A stretch of DNA of 64,000 nucleotides from an uncultured Aliarcobacter sp. (GTDB lineage: Bacteria > Campylobacterota > Campylobacteria > Campylobacterales > Arcobacteraceae). Below, piece by piece: positions 9,470-18,430 of this stretch. Every line of letters starts with the position of its first letter. Position 1 is the first letter of the stretch. The stretch is taken from NCBI GenBank assembly GCA_963677435.1, contig OY781945.1, positions 2,848,001-2,912,000 of the forward strand, in the 5' to 3' direction. The notes below the pieces were generated by a model, which was not told the origin of the DNA, searched no databases, and saw only the letters and a program-made list of their open reading frames with translations. A program made the translations under genes and the position numbers.

Positions 9470-11026
9470 ATGAAAAAAATATTATTTATATTAGTTTTAA
9501 TTTATAGTTATTCTAATGCTACTTACATTTCTTATGAGAATGCCTTTAGAACTTATTTTAATGTTTATACTTATACGACACAAAGTGGTGGGAATGGTTA
9601 TTCTGGCGATGGTTTTGATTCTCAATATTTATCATCGGGTTATATGATATTACATAAAGGTTCAAAACGATTTTTTTTTAATGTTAACTCTCCAAAACAA
9701 TCAAATACTTGTAGTAAGAATGTTGAACTTTTACAGGATGGTGTTTTAACTTGTTCTAATGGTATTTATAACGTAGTTCCTAATCCTGAAAATGGAACTT
9801 TTGGAGAAGACGGCAATTTAAATTGTAATAGTGGTTATTCTGCTACTGGAATTTCTGCGGGGATTCCTGCTTGTATGCCAAATCCTGAAAATGGAACTTG
9901 GGATGATAATGATGATTTAGTTTGTAATGAAGGTTATGCTAAAAATAATGATAACAATACTTGTGAGCCGTCTAGTGGCAATAATACGGGTGGTGTTGAT
10001 ACTAATCCAAACAACACTTGGCAAAATGCTTTAGATGAAGCTAAAGCAAACGGTACTTATTCGGTTTCTGATAATGGTACTCAAAACTTTACAGTTGGGG
10101 GCAATAATTATAGTTTAACTTCTGACGGTATATTGACAACAACTTATCCAGATGGTACTAGTTCAGTTCAGCAAGTTGATTTTTCTGGTGGTTCTGGTTC
10201 TTCTGGTGGTTCAACTGGTGGTGGAACTGGCACTTCAACTGGTGGAACTGGTGGAAATACAACAAACGAAAATAATACAACTCCCCCAACTGATACACCA
10301 ATCGATAATACTCCCGTAGCAAATAGTTGTAATGATTCAGGTTTAACTTTACAAGAAAAAATGCTTTGCGAACTTAATGCAGGAATGAAAAAGCAAAATT
10401 CTGAGAATGCCCCTGAAAATTCATTAAATCAACTTTTAAAAGATTTAAAAACAAGTAATCAAACTGATAACACTGCTTTAAATACAAATGTTAAAGAAGG
10501 AAATAAAATACTTGAGGGTCTTAAATCACTTTCAGAAAATCAACTTAATAAACAAACTCAAGCAAATGCAACGTTAGAAAAAATTAATGATAGTGCAAAT
10601 GCAACTGAACTTTACACAAAAGTTATGAATGAAAGTATGAATAAAATTATAGGCGATGATTCAACTGAAACTCCTGATTTATCTGGTTTAAAAGACTCTA
10701 GTTCTTGGATAAATGGTGTATTTACTCAATATCAAACTTTTTATAATAATATTAAAGATTCTGGGGACTCTTTTACTACTTTTGCAAATGGTGCAAAAGA
10801 TACCATAGAACAAGGTTTTACTTTTAATTTATCATCTTCACAATTGGTTAATTGTCCTTTAGATTATGTTATTGACTTAAGCTCATTGGGTCAAGAAAGT
10901 ATAAATATTAATGTAGATTTTTGTGAGCAAACTTCTAAATTAAGACCTTATTTATATCCTTTTATATTAATAATTTTATTCATATCAATTATATTTTTTA
11001 CTATATCTTTTATTAGGGGCTTATAA
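9470..11026 (+). CDS. Adsorption protein (pIII-like)
   Basis: Signal peptide, Cys-rich repeats, Gly/Ser/Thr linker GGSGSSGGSTGGGTG, C-terminal Cys pair and TM anchor. Confidence 0.8.
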   Translation: MKKILFILVLIYSYSNATYISYENAFRTYFNVYTYTTQSGGNGYSGDGFDSQYLSSGYMILHKGSKRFFFNVNSPKQSNTCSKNVELLQDGVLTCSNGIYNVVPNPENGTFGEDGNLNCNSGYSATGISAGIPACMPNPENGTWDDNDDLVCNEGYAKNNDNNTCEPSSGNNTGGVDTNPNNTWQNALDEAKANGTYSVSDNGTQNFTVGGNNYSLTSDGILTTTYPDGTSSVQQVDFSGGSGSSGGSTGGGTGTSTGGTGGNTTNENNTTPPTDTPIDNTPVANSCNDSGLTLQEKMLCELNAGMKKQNSENAPENSLNQLLKDLKTSNQTDNTALNTNVKEGNKILEGLKSLSENQLNKQTQANATLEKINDSANATELYTKVMNESMNKIIGDDSTETPDLSGLKDSSSWINGVFTQYQTFYNNIKDSGDSFTTFANGAKDTIEQGFTFNLSSSQLVNCPLDYVIDLSSLGQESININVDFCEQTSKLRPYLYPFILIILFISIIFFTISFIRGL

Positions 11027-11457
11027 TGGTTAAGGCTGTATTATGGTTTTTTTCTGGTGTTGGTTTTTTATCTGAATATATTGTCCGACTCGGAAAAGCT
11101 TTTTTTGTAAGTGGTGCTGTTCTTTCTATGCAGTTTATGGTAGTTGGTGCTTTAGTATCTGTAAGAATTTCTTATTTAATTACTATAGTTACTATTGTAT
11201 TATGGATATATAATAGAGCTGTTGAATTATTTCAATTAATAAACTCTACTTATGCAGATACTTTCTTATATTTACCTATTTCTATTTTACAATCAATCGG
11301 TTTTATTGATGCACTTGTTTTAATGTTTTCTAGCTTTTCTTATATCTTTGTTGCTTTACTTACTTTGTTTATCTCAAAATTCGTTTTAAATTCTGTTCAA
11401 TCAATTTCAGATGAATATTTTAAAATCGCTGTATTAATTAACTTAGGTGTTAAGTAA
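11026..11457 (+). CDS. pVI-like hydrophobic minor coat protein
   Basis: Multi-TM 143-aa protein between pIII-like and pI genes, translationally coupled on both sides. Confidence 0.65.
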   Translation: MVKAVLWFFSGVGFLSEYIVRLGKAFFVSGAVLSMQFMVVGALVSVRISYLITIVTIVLWIYNRAVELFQLINSTYADTFLYLPISILQSIGFIDALVLMFSSFSYIFVALLTLFISKFVLNSVQSISDEYFKIAVLINLGVK

Positions 11458-12665
11458 TGGCTATTAAGTATTACACTGGTGTTCCAAGAAGTGGAAAAAC
11501 ATATAAAGCTATGGTTTTGCTTTATTATACATTTGTTAAACCTAGATATAAAACATATATTAAATATCGTGATTATTTTTTAAATGATAATGAAGTTATT
11601 ATTAGTGAAAAGCCTTTTTTTCTTTTTAAAATTTATAAAATACAAACTATTGATTTTATAAACGCATATACAAATATAAATCAATTTGATTTTTCTGTAT
11701 CTCCTAATATATTACAATTAGATTTTAATGATTTGTACAATAAATTAAAAATCTTACATAATTTATATTTATTAAAAAAGCCTGATTCTGAATTAATTAA
11801 TAAAGCTATTGAATTAAATATTTTTAGAACACTTTTTGTTATGGATGAATGTCATAATTTTTTAAGAGCAAAAGAAGATGCTGTTCTTGTTTGGTGGTTT
11901 ACATATCATGCACATTTACACCATGAACTTATATTAATTACGCAAGATTTATCTTTAGTAAATACAGAATATAAAAGAGTAGCAGAATATTTTTATCGTG
12001 CTATTCCCTCTCGTTTTAGAATGTCAAAAAACACTTTTAAATATATTCAATATTCTACAGCTGGAATGTATGAAAAAGATAAAATTGGTGTTGATACAGT
12101 AAGAGCAGATAAAAATATATTTTCATTGTATGTGAGTGGTTCAGATTCAAACGGAAAATCTATTTTACATAAATATTTATTCATGGCTTTAGTTGCTCTT
12201 ATTGCTTGTTTCGTGTCTGTTTATTCTTTGATGTCTTCTATTGCTCCAGTTGATGAAGAAACAAAAGATAATGCAGTTGCACAAAATGAAATTCAAACTA
12301 CTCAATCTACTAATAATCCAAAAAATGAAACTTCAACACCTGGGCAAATTCAAAACTTAGAAACTCCATTAACTCCAGTTCCTGAAGATACAACAAATTT
12401 AAAATTATTTAAATTTAATTGCTTTGACACATTGTGTTATTTTCAATTTGATAATAAATCTACTTTAGAAATTCCTCAAAATATCTTAAAAGTTTATTTA
12501 TTAGATATTGAAGATGACAAAAAATATATAGAACTTAAAAACAATAGATTATCAATCTATGTTCTAACACCAGAATCAAAATTTAATTTTATAAAAGAAA
12601 GAGGTAACGAAAATGAAAAAACTAAAAATGAAAATTCTAGTTTTATTCCTAGTATTTCTAAATAA
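11457..12665 (+). CDS. zot: Morphogenesis ATPase pI / Zot family
   Basis: N-terminal Walker A TGVPRSGKT, Walker B MDECH, ILITQD, TM helix followed by a periplasmic domain. Confidence 0.9.
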   Translation: MAIKYYTGVPRSGKTYKAMVLLYYTFVKPRYKTYIKYRDYFLNDNEVIISEKPFFLFKIYKIQTIDFINAYTNINQFDFSVSPNILQLDFNDLYNKLKILHNLYLLKKPDSELINKAIELNIFRTLFVMDECHNFLRAKEDAVLVWWFTYHAHLHHELILITQDLSLVNTEYKRVAEYFYRAIPSRFRMSKNTFKYIQYSTAGMYEKDKIGVDTVRADKNIFSLYVSGSDSNGKSILHKYLFMALVALIACFVSVYSLMSSIAPVDEETKDNAVAQNEIQTTQSTNNPKNETSTPGQIQNLETPLTPVPEDTTNLKLFKFNCFDTLCYFQFDNKSTLEIPQNILKVYLLDIEDDKKYIELKNNRLSIYVLTPESKFNFIKERGNENEKTKNENSSFIPSISK

Positions 12666-13821
12666 TCTTTATTCAGAAACATTAGAAATAAACTTGTCTA
12701 CTTTTGCAACTTATGCAAGTGAAGCAAATAATATAAATATACTAATTGATGATGATTTAAAAAATCAAAATATTATCTTTATTATAAACGATAAAGACTC
12801 TTATATGTTAGAAGCTTTCAGAAAAGCAGTTAATTTGAAAGGTCTTGAATTGGTTAAAACTGAAGAGTTTTATTATGTTAGAAAAAAAGATTTATACTTA
12901 GAAGATGACAAATATCGAATTATAAAGCTTAATTTTGTAAAGTATGAAGATATAGCAAATTTTTTAAAAGTGTATGAAGATAAAATCAAATATGAGTTTA
13001 TATCTACTTCAAAAACACTATTAATAAAATCAAAAGAGAGTGAGTTTATTAGTATTAGAGATATGATAAATTCTATTGATGTGTTGCCAAAACAATTAAA
13101 ATTAAAAGTCACAATTCTTGAAACGAATTTGGATAAATTAAAAGAGTTAGGCTCTAATACTTCTAGTATTAATTTACAAAATGATGGTAACTTCTTTTTT
13201 AATTTAGTTTCTTATCCATTTTCAGTTAATAATAATGTTTTACCAAGTCAAAAAGATAACTTCTATACTTTCTTAAAATATTTAAATTCAACTGGAACAA
13301 GTGAATTTATATCTAATCCCGTTTTAACTCTTTCAGATGAAAAAGAAACTATCTTTAATGTAGTTTCTAATGTTCCTTATCAAATGGGAACAACAACAAT
13401 TAATGATACAGCTCTGCGAACTTCTAATTCCTATGAATATAAAGACATAGGTTTACAAATTACTGTTACACCACATATCTATGAAGATAATGAAGTGTAT
13501 TTGGATTTAGAATTAAATGTATCAAATATTCTTTCTAATACAGATAATTTACCTATAACATCGAAAAAATATATTAAGCAATCTTTTCAACTTCCAGTTA
13601 ATAAATTGTTGGTTCTTACGGGAATAAATAAAAAAGAATTAATTACATCTCAAAATGAAATTCCAGTTCTTGCAGATATTCCTTTTTTAGGTTGGCTTTT
13701 CAAATATGATTCAAAACAAGATAATAGAAATAATTTATCTATAGTTTTTGAAATTATAAATGAAAAAGATTTTGATACAAAAAACTTTAATGTTTTAGTT
13801 CCAAATAAGATAGAAGGCTAG
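12613..13821 (+). CDS. Secretin (pIV/GspD-like) extrusion channel
   Basis: YKDIGLQITVTP and IPVLADIPFLGWLF secretin motifs; signal peptide. Confidence 0.9.
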   Translation: MKKLKMKILVLFLVFLNNLYSETLEINLSTFATYASEANNINILIDDDLKNQNIIFIINDKDSYMLEAFRKAVNLKGLELVKTEEFYYVRKKDLYLEDDKYRIIKLNFVKYEDIANFLKVYEDKIKYEFISTSKTLLIKSKESEFISIRDMINSIDVLPKQLKLKVTILETNLDKLKELGSNTSSINLQNDGNFFFNLVSYPFSVNNNVLPSQKDNFYTFLKYLNSTGTSEFISNPVLTLSDEKETIFNVVSNVPYQMGTTTINDTALRTSNSYEYKDIGLQITVTPHIYEDNEVYLDLELNVSNILSNTDNLPITSKKYIKQSFQLPVNKLLVLTGINKKELITSQNEIPVLADIPFLGWLFKYDSKQDNRNNLSIVFEIINEKDFDTKNFNVLVPNKIEG

Positions 13822-13824
13822 AAA

Positions 13825-13989
13825 ATGAAAATTATATTCTATGTTTTAAATGTTTTTTTAAAATTACTTATATTCCCAATCGCATGGTTAATCGTTGGTT
13901 TTATCCTTTATATTTATTTTCTTTTTAAATTTCAAGATTTTGTGATTAATTTTGATGTTGAACTTACTGAATTTGATTTTGAAGATTAA
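13825..13989 (+). CDS. Small membrane protein with acidic tail, 54 aa, not in ORF track
   Basis: MKIIFYVLNVFLKLLIFPIAWLIVGFILYIYFLFKFQDFVINFDVELTEFDFED; AAGG RBS. Confidence 0.55.
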   Translation: MKIIFYVLNVFLKLLIFPIAWLIVGFILYIYFLFKFQDFVINFDVELTEFDFED

Positions 13990-14016
13990 AACAAAATATT
14001 ATTAAAAAGGCTAAAA

Positions 14017-14259
14017 ATGAACATAAATAAAAGAATAGAAGAGTTAAACACTAATTTAGTTCTTCAAGAAACAAAGATATATCTATGTCTCGATGATATT
14101 AAATCTAATTTCCTAAAAATGGATAATCAGTCACTTTCAGATTTTAGAAAATTTTTAAATCGTTTGCAATATTTAAAAAATGAGTATAACGCGATATATG
14201 TCCAATTAAGTACCTTTACGGCTTATAAATCAACTACTTTTCCCTCCAAAAAAAAATAG
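14017..14259 (+). CDS. Phage hypothetical protein
   Basis: 80-aa ORF with AAGG RBS. Confidence 0.5.
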   Translation: MNINKRIEELNTNLVLQETKIYLCLDDIKSNFLKMDNQSLSDFRKFLNRLQYLKNEYNAIYVQLSTFTAYKSTTFPSKKK

Positions 14260-14865
14260 TTGATTTTTGGTACTTTAATTTTATACCAAGCTTAATTTTA
14301 ATGGAAGCTCAAATCTCCATCAGGATTAATTTTTTTTTTGCTTTGCTTCTTTGGCGAAAAGAAGAGAAATGAAGAGAATAAGAAAAATTTATAGTTATTC
14401 GTTTATATTTTAAAATACTTAAAGAATTTAAAAAGGTACGTTTAAATTTTTTCAGTCTTTTCAAAATATAAAAACTTTATTTAAACTTAAAAAAAGGTAC
14501 GTTTTTAATTTTAAATACAGTTTAGAATAACCCCCAATGGCACTATATAAAGCCATCGGCAAGAGTTAGGGATTCAGAGCGAATAGCCTAATAGTACGCA
14601 GTTATTAGCCCCTTGTGGGTCAAAGCCCGACCCGTAGGGTAACTCCCGTATTTAAAAGAATAATAAGACCAACGGGAAATTTAATACAAGAAAAAGAGAT
14701 AGTAGCAACGGTAAGAACTGGGATAAATTTAAACCCTCATTCAAACCATTTAAAGGGGAATATAGAGAAACGATTGAGCGAGCGTGAGCGAGCGATTGAG
14801 TTTCCTTGATTACTTTTAAAAAAGTTACTACACCCAAAAAATAAAACATAAGAGGTAACACGAAA
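14260..14865. other. Putative phage intergenic origin / packaging region
   Basis: Largest non-coding gap, directly upstream of Rep; GC-rich hairpins at ~14537-14556, 14566-14591 and 14610-14639; 14-bp direct repeat at 14430/14491; GAGCGAGCG duplet at 14776-14794. Confidence 0.6.
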
Positions 14866-16206
14866 ATGTATGGAATAACAAAATTAGATATAGAATTTTT
14901 AGACACAAAAGTTAAAAATCAAAAACAATGGATGTTAGACAATCTTTCGGATTTTGATTTCGGTGAAAATAAAACAGCTTTAGATTTTACTTACTCAGCA
15001 AATTTAAATCCAGAAAAATATTTTGCAGAAATGAATAATCGAATAAATTCAATTTTTGATTATGCAAAAGAATTAAAACTTTATCCAGTTTTTGTGACTC
15101 TTACAGCTCCATCAGAATTTCATAAAAAAGATAGAACTGGTAATTTAAAAATCAATCCAAACGAAACTGCTAAGATATTTACAAAAGTTTGGAATAAATT
15201 TACAAATTTACAAATTTTTCAAAGACTTAGAAAATCTACTGGCGAATCTCTAATGTATTTTAGAGTTTATGAACCGCATAAGTCATCTGTTCCACATATG
15301 CATGCTATGTTGTTTCTTCCTAAAGATTTAATTCTTGATGTAAAAAAGAAGTTTTATGAATATTTCACTACTAAGGCAACTTATACTATTCAAGATAAAA
15401 ATACATTAATATTCAGAAAAAAGTTATGGGATAACAATCGAAAATCAATAGATTTCAAATACACTTGGTATAACTCTGCAGGTGGTGCAGTTGCTTATAT
15501 TATGAAATATGTAACAAAAACTTTTAAAAATACAAATGATAAATCAATTCAATATGCTTCATATTGGTACATGAAACACAACATAAGAAGATTTTTATGT
15601 TCTCGTAATCTTAGATTACCAATTACAGTTTATAGAAAAATCAGATATTTTTTTTCAAATAAATCTTCATATCTTGATATTGCAAAAGAATATAAAGATA
15701 ATAATTCTATTCATAGAATTTTTAATGATAATACATACTCTTACATGAAATATAATATCGACACACAACAAGTAGATGAAGTAATCCTATGGGAAAAAAA
15801 TGCTGAATCAGTTATCCATAAAAGAATTAAATCTAATCAAACATTTAAACTTTTATACAAAAAACATGAATATAAAAAGGCTCTTGATGTTTATATTAAT
15901 GAATTTGAAAAATATACTTTTTCAGATACACAAAATAAATTTATATTACTTCCTATAGTTGCCTCAAAATTAAAAGATTATCAACTTGAAAAATACTTCT
16001 TTGAATTAAATCAAGATTCTAGTTTATCAGATACTTTACATTTTAAAATCGCAAAAAATGAAATGATTAAAAGAGGTTTTTTAATTGAAACATTAGAAAA
16101 ATTAACAGATTTTGAATATACAGAAAAAGAGGAATATATCGACCTAGAAACGGGCGAATATAAATACATCAATGTTGTTAAAACAGCTTTACAATTAGGA
16201 TTTTAA
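14866..16206 (+). CDS. Rolling-circle replication initiator, HUH endonuclease (phage gpA-like)
   Basis: FVTLTAPS motif I, EPHKSSVPHMH HUH motif, YIMKY two-tyrosine motif III. Confidence 0.88.
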   Translation: MYGITKLDIEFLDTKVKNQKQWMLDNLSDFDFGENKTALDFTYSANLNPEKYFAEMNNRINSIFDYAKELKLYPVFVTLTAPSEFHKKDRTGNLKINPNETAKIFTKVWNKFTNLQIFQRLRKSTGESLMYFRVYEPHKSSVPHMHAMLFLPKDLILDVKKKFYEYFTTKATYTIQDKNTLIFRKKLWDNNRKSIDFKYTWYNSAGGAVAYIMKYVTKTFKNTNDKSIQYASYWYMKHNIRRFLCSRNLRLPITVYRKIRYFFSNKSSYLDIAKEYKDNNSIHRIFNDNTYSYMKYNIDTQQVDEVILWEKNAESVIHKRIKSNQTFKLLYKKHEYKKALDVYINEFEKYTFSDTQNKFILLPIVASKLKDYQLEKYFFELNQDSSLSDTLHFKIAKNEMIKRGFLIETLEKLTDFEYTEKEEYIDLETGEYKYINVVKTALQLGF

Positions 16207-16208
16207 AA

Positions 16209-17327
16209 ATGAAACAATCAAAAATATTAAAAAAGTTGTTAAATAATACAACTATTACAGATAAAACAATATTCGTAATCTCTATCTCAGGTGGTAAAGA
16301 TTCAAAAGCAACTCTAATTGTTTCTTTGCCTTTATTACTTCAATATGTAAAACCTAATCAAATTAAAGTAGTTTTTTGTGATACATCTTGGGAAAAAGAT
16401 GAAACTTATAATGAAATTGATTCTATAAATAATAATTTAAAAGATTTGAAGATTGAATTTCTTATTCTTAAAAATGAAAATTATCCAAATGGAATGCTGG
16501 ATCTAATTAAATATAAAAAAATATTTCCCTCTCGTGATGGTAAATTTTGTACTGACCAATTAAAAATGATTCCAGCACTTGATTATTATAAAAGTCTTTC
16601 TTTAAATGGTTTTGATGTTATTACTCTTGTTGGAAAAAGAAGAGATGAAAGCAAAGAAAGAAAAGGTATTTCTGATTCTGAATTAAAAGAATTTAAAAAT
16701 TATTCTTTTCAAATCTTTCATCCAATTGCTGATTGGAATGAAACAGATGTTTATTCTCTTTTAGATGAAACTTGGGGAATTCCTCTAACATATTTTAATG
16801 GTAATCGTAGATGTGGTTGTGATGAGTGTTTTCAAGCTGATTTAAAATCAATCTCTTTAATGTCTGAAAATAGAATTAATCAAATGGAACAATTAGAAAA
16901 TGAAATATCTCAATTTCATAAAGATAAACCATATACACCAACTTTCTTTTTTAGAAGAAATAAAACATTTCCTGATGGTTTTGTACCAATAAGACAAATA
17001 GTAAATTATGCAAAAGATAAATATAATTTTAATTACTTTACTTTTCATACAAGAGCTTTAATTGCTTTAAAAAATAAAATTGGTCAAAAATCACTTAGAT
17101 ATAAATTTGTTCAGTTTGGTTATGTACCTGATAAAACAAACTTTTCAAAATATGTTAATGGACTTCTTCCAGTTCCTCAAAAGATGCAATTTGATGTTGA
17201 ATATCTAACTACAAAAATATTAAACGCAAAAGAAAGACTTGAATTACTTACTTTTCAAAAATTAGAAGATGTAGAAAAAGAAGATAACTCAATTAAGTGT
17301 GATTGTGAATCTTATAATTTGTTGTAA
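16209..17327 (+). CDS. PAPS reductase / DndC-like PP-loop Fe-S protein with possible C-terminal HTH
   Basis: SISGGKDS, DT, CTDQLK, GKRRDES, PIADW, RRCGCDEC motifs; tail segment DKTNFSKYVNGLLPVP. Confidence 0.85.
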   Translation: MKQSKILKKLLNNTTITDKTIFVISISGGKDSKATLIVSLPLLLQYVKPNQIKVVFCDTSWEKDETYNEIDSINNNLKDLKIEFLILKNENYPNGMLDLIKYKKIFPSRDGKFCTDQLKMIPALDYYKSLSLNGFDVITLVGKRRDESKERKGISDSELKEFKNYSFQIFHPIADWNETDVYSLLDETWGIPLTYFNGNRRCGCDECFQADLKSISLMSENRINQMEQLENEISQFHKDKPYTPTFFFRRNKTFPDGFVPIRQIVNYAKDKYNFNYFTFHTRALIALKNKIGQKSLRYKFVQFGYVPDKTNFSKYVNGLLPVPQKMQFDVEYLTTKILNAKERLELLTFQKLEDVEKEDNSIKCDCESYNLL

Positions 17328-17360
17328 TAGATTACAACTTATTTAATATAGAGGTTAAAA

Positions 17361-17756
17361 ATGAAAAATCTAATAATAAATAAAAATGATATTGTTAAAT
17401 TCAAAAATGATTCAAAATGTTATTGTGTAGTTTCTTTTGATTTACAAGAAAATTTTGTATATGTTTTTAATGTTCACGGTTTTGTTGTTTCTGAAATAGT
17501 AGAAAATGAAAAAAATAATAAAAAATTTAAAATTAGTGATATTGATAAAATCATTTTAAAAGAATCTCAACAAAAAAAGATTGTATTTCCTGAAACAGTT
17601 GAAGATAAAATTAAATCTATAAATTTACAAATTAAAAATACTTCTTTGACTCTAACAGAAATAAAAAATTTAAAAAATAAAAAAGCTAAATTAAAAAATA
17701 AAATATCTGATAATAAAAACAATAATGTTTCTATTCTCCAATCTAGTTTATTTTAA
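17361..17756 (+). CDS. Phage hypothetical protein
   Basis: 131-aa ORF with GAGG RBS. Confidence 0.55.
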   Translation: MKNLIINKNDIVKFKNDSKCYCVVSFDLQENFVYVFNVHGFVVSEIVENEKNNKKFKISDIDKIILKESQQKKIVFPETVEDKIKSINLQIKNTSLTLTEIKNLKNKKAKLKNKISDNKNNNVSILQSSLF

Positions 17757-18067
17757 ATTATACTTACATAACATTCTTGATATTCTCCAAAATCATATTT
17801 TGTACAATGTCCATTTACTTTATTTTTATTTTTAATTTTGTAATCATTATTTAATCTTAATGTTATTCTTCCTAATTTTTCATCTTCTATCACTACTCTT
17901 AAATGTGAGCTATATCTTGTAAAATTAAATATTTCCCCATTAATATAATAAATTTTTTGTGTATCAATAAATGTATTATTTCTTTCATGTGTTCTGTTTA
18001 CTGATGTGTGAATATATTCACTAAATGTTCCAGTTATTAATATTCCTAATATTAAAATACTTCTCAT
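17753..18067 (-). CDS. Small exported phage accessory protein (moron-like)
   Basis: N-terminal signal peptide, two Cys, AAGGA RBS, opposite orientation to the phage operon. Confidence 0.6.
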   Translation of the reverse strand: MRSILILGILITGTFSEYIHTSVNRTHERNNTFIDTQKIYYINGEIFNFTRYSSHLRVVIEDEKLGRITLRLNNDYKIKNKNKVNGHCTKYDFGEYQECYVSII

Positions 18068-18175
18068 TCTTGTCCTTTATTTATTTTATTAAATCAATTT
18101 TATAATGAAATAACTTAAATTTGTTACTTTTTCCTTAATAGTAATTTACTATTAATTTTATTGTTAAGGAAAAAT

Positions 18176-18430
18176 ATGACAATCGATGAAAAGTTTGATT
18201 TAATATTAAAAAAAATTGAACAAATAGAAAAACAACTGCAAGGCAAACAAGATCTCACTAAGCGTTCTAATGTAAAAGAGTATTTAAATATCTCTGAGGG
18301 TACATTAAACAACTACATGAAAGATGGAAGATTTAAACAAGGTGTTCATTATACTAAAGATTTTAAGGGATTAAAGTCTAAAATCGTTTTTATAGAAAGT
18401 GCGATTATAAATTTCAAAGGTAATAAATGA
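18176..18430 (+). CDS. Excisionase-like HTH protein
   Basis: VKEYLNISEGTLNNYMKDGRF winged-HTH pattern; overlaps integrase start (ATGA); ATG 18176 after AAGGA. Confidence 0.7.
   Translation: MTIDEKFDLILKKIEQIEKQLQGKQDLTKRSNVKEYLNISEGTLNNYMKDGRFKQGVHYTKDFKGLKSKIVFIESAIINFKGNK

Noticed and set aside
9470..11026. Diversity-generating retroelement or invertase shufflon acting on pIII
   Set aside because: No reverse transcriptase, template repeat or invertase seen; only a short in-frame duplication
11457..12665. Zot as an enterotoxin / virulence island
   Set aside because: Context (coat, pIII, pVI, secretin) shows it is the phage assembly ATPase; nothing in the sequence supports toxin activity
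14615..14906. ORF-track ORFs 14615-14809 (+) and 14652-14906 (-)
   Set aside because: They overlap the hairpin-rich origin region and the Rep start, with no recognisable motifs; probably spurious, though a small gene cannot be excluded
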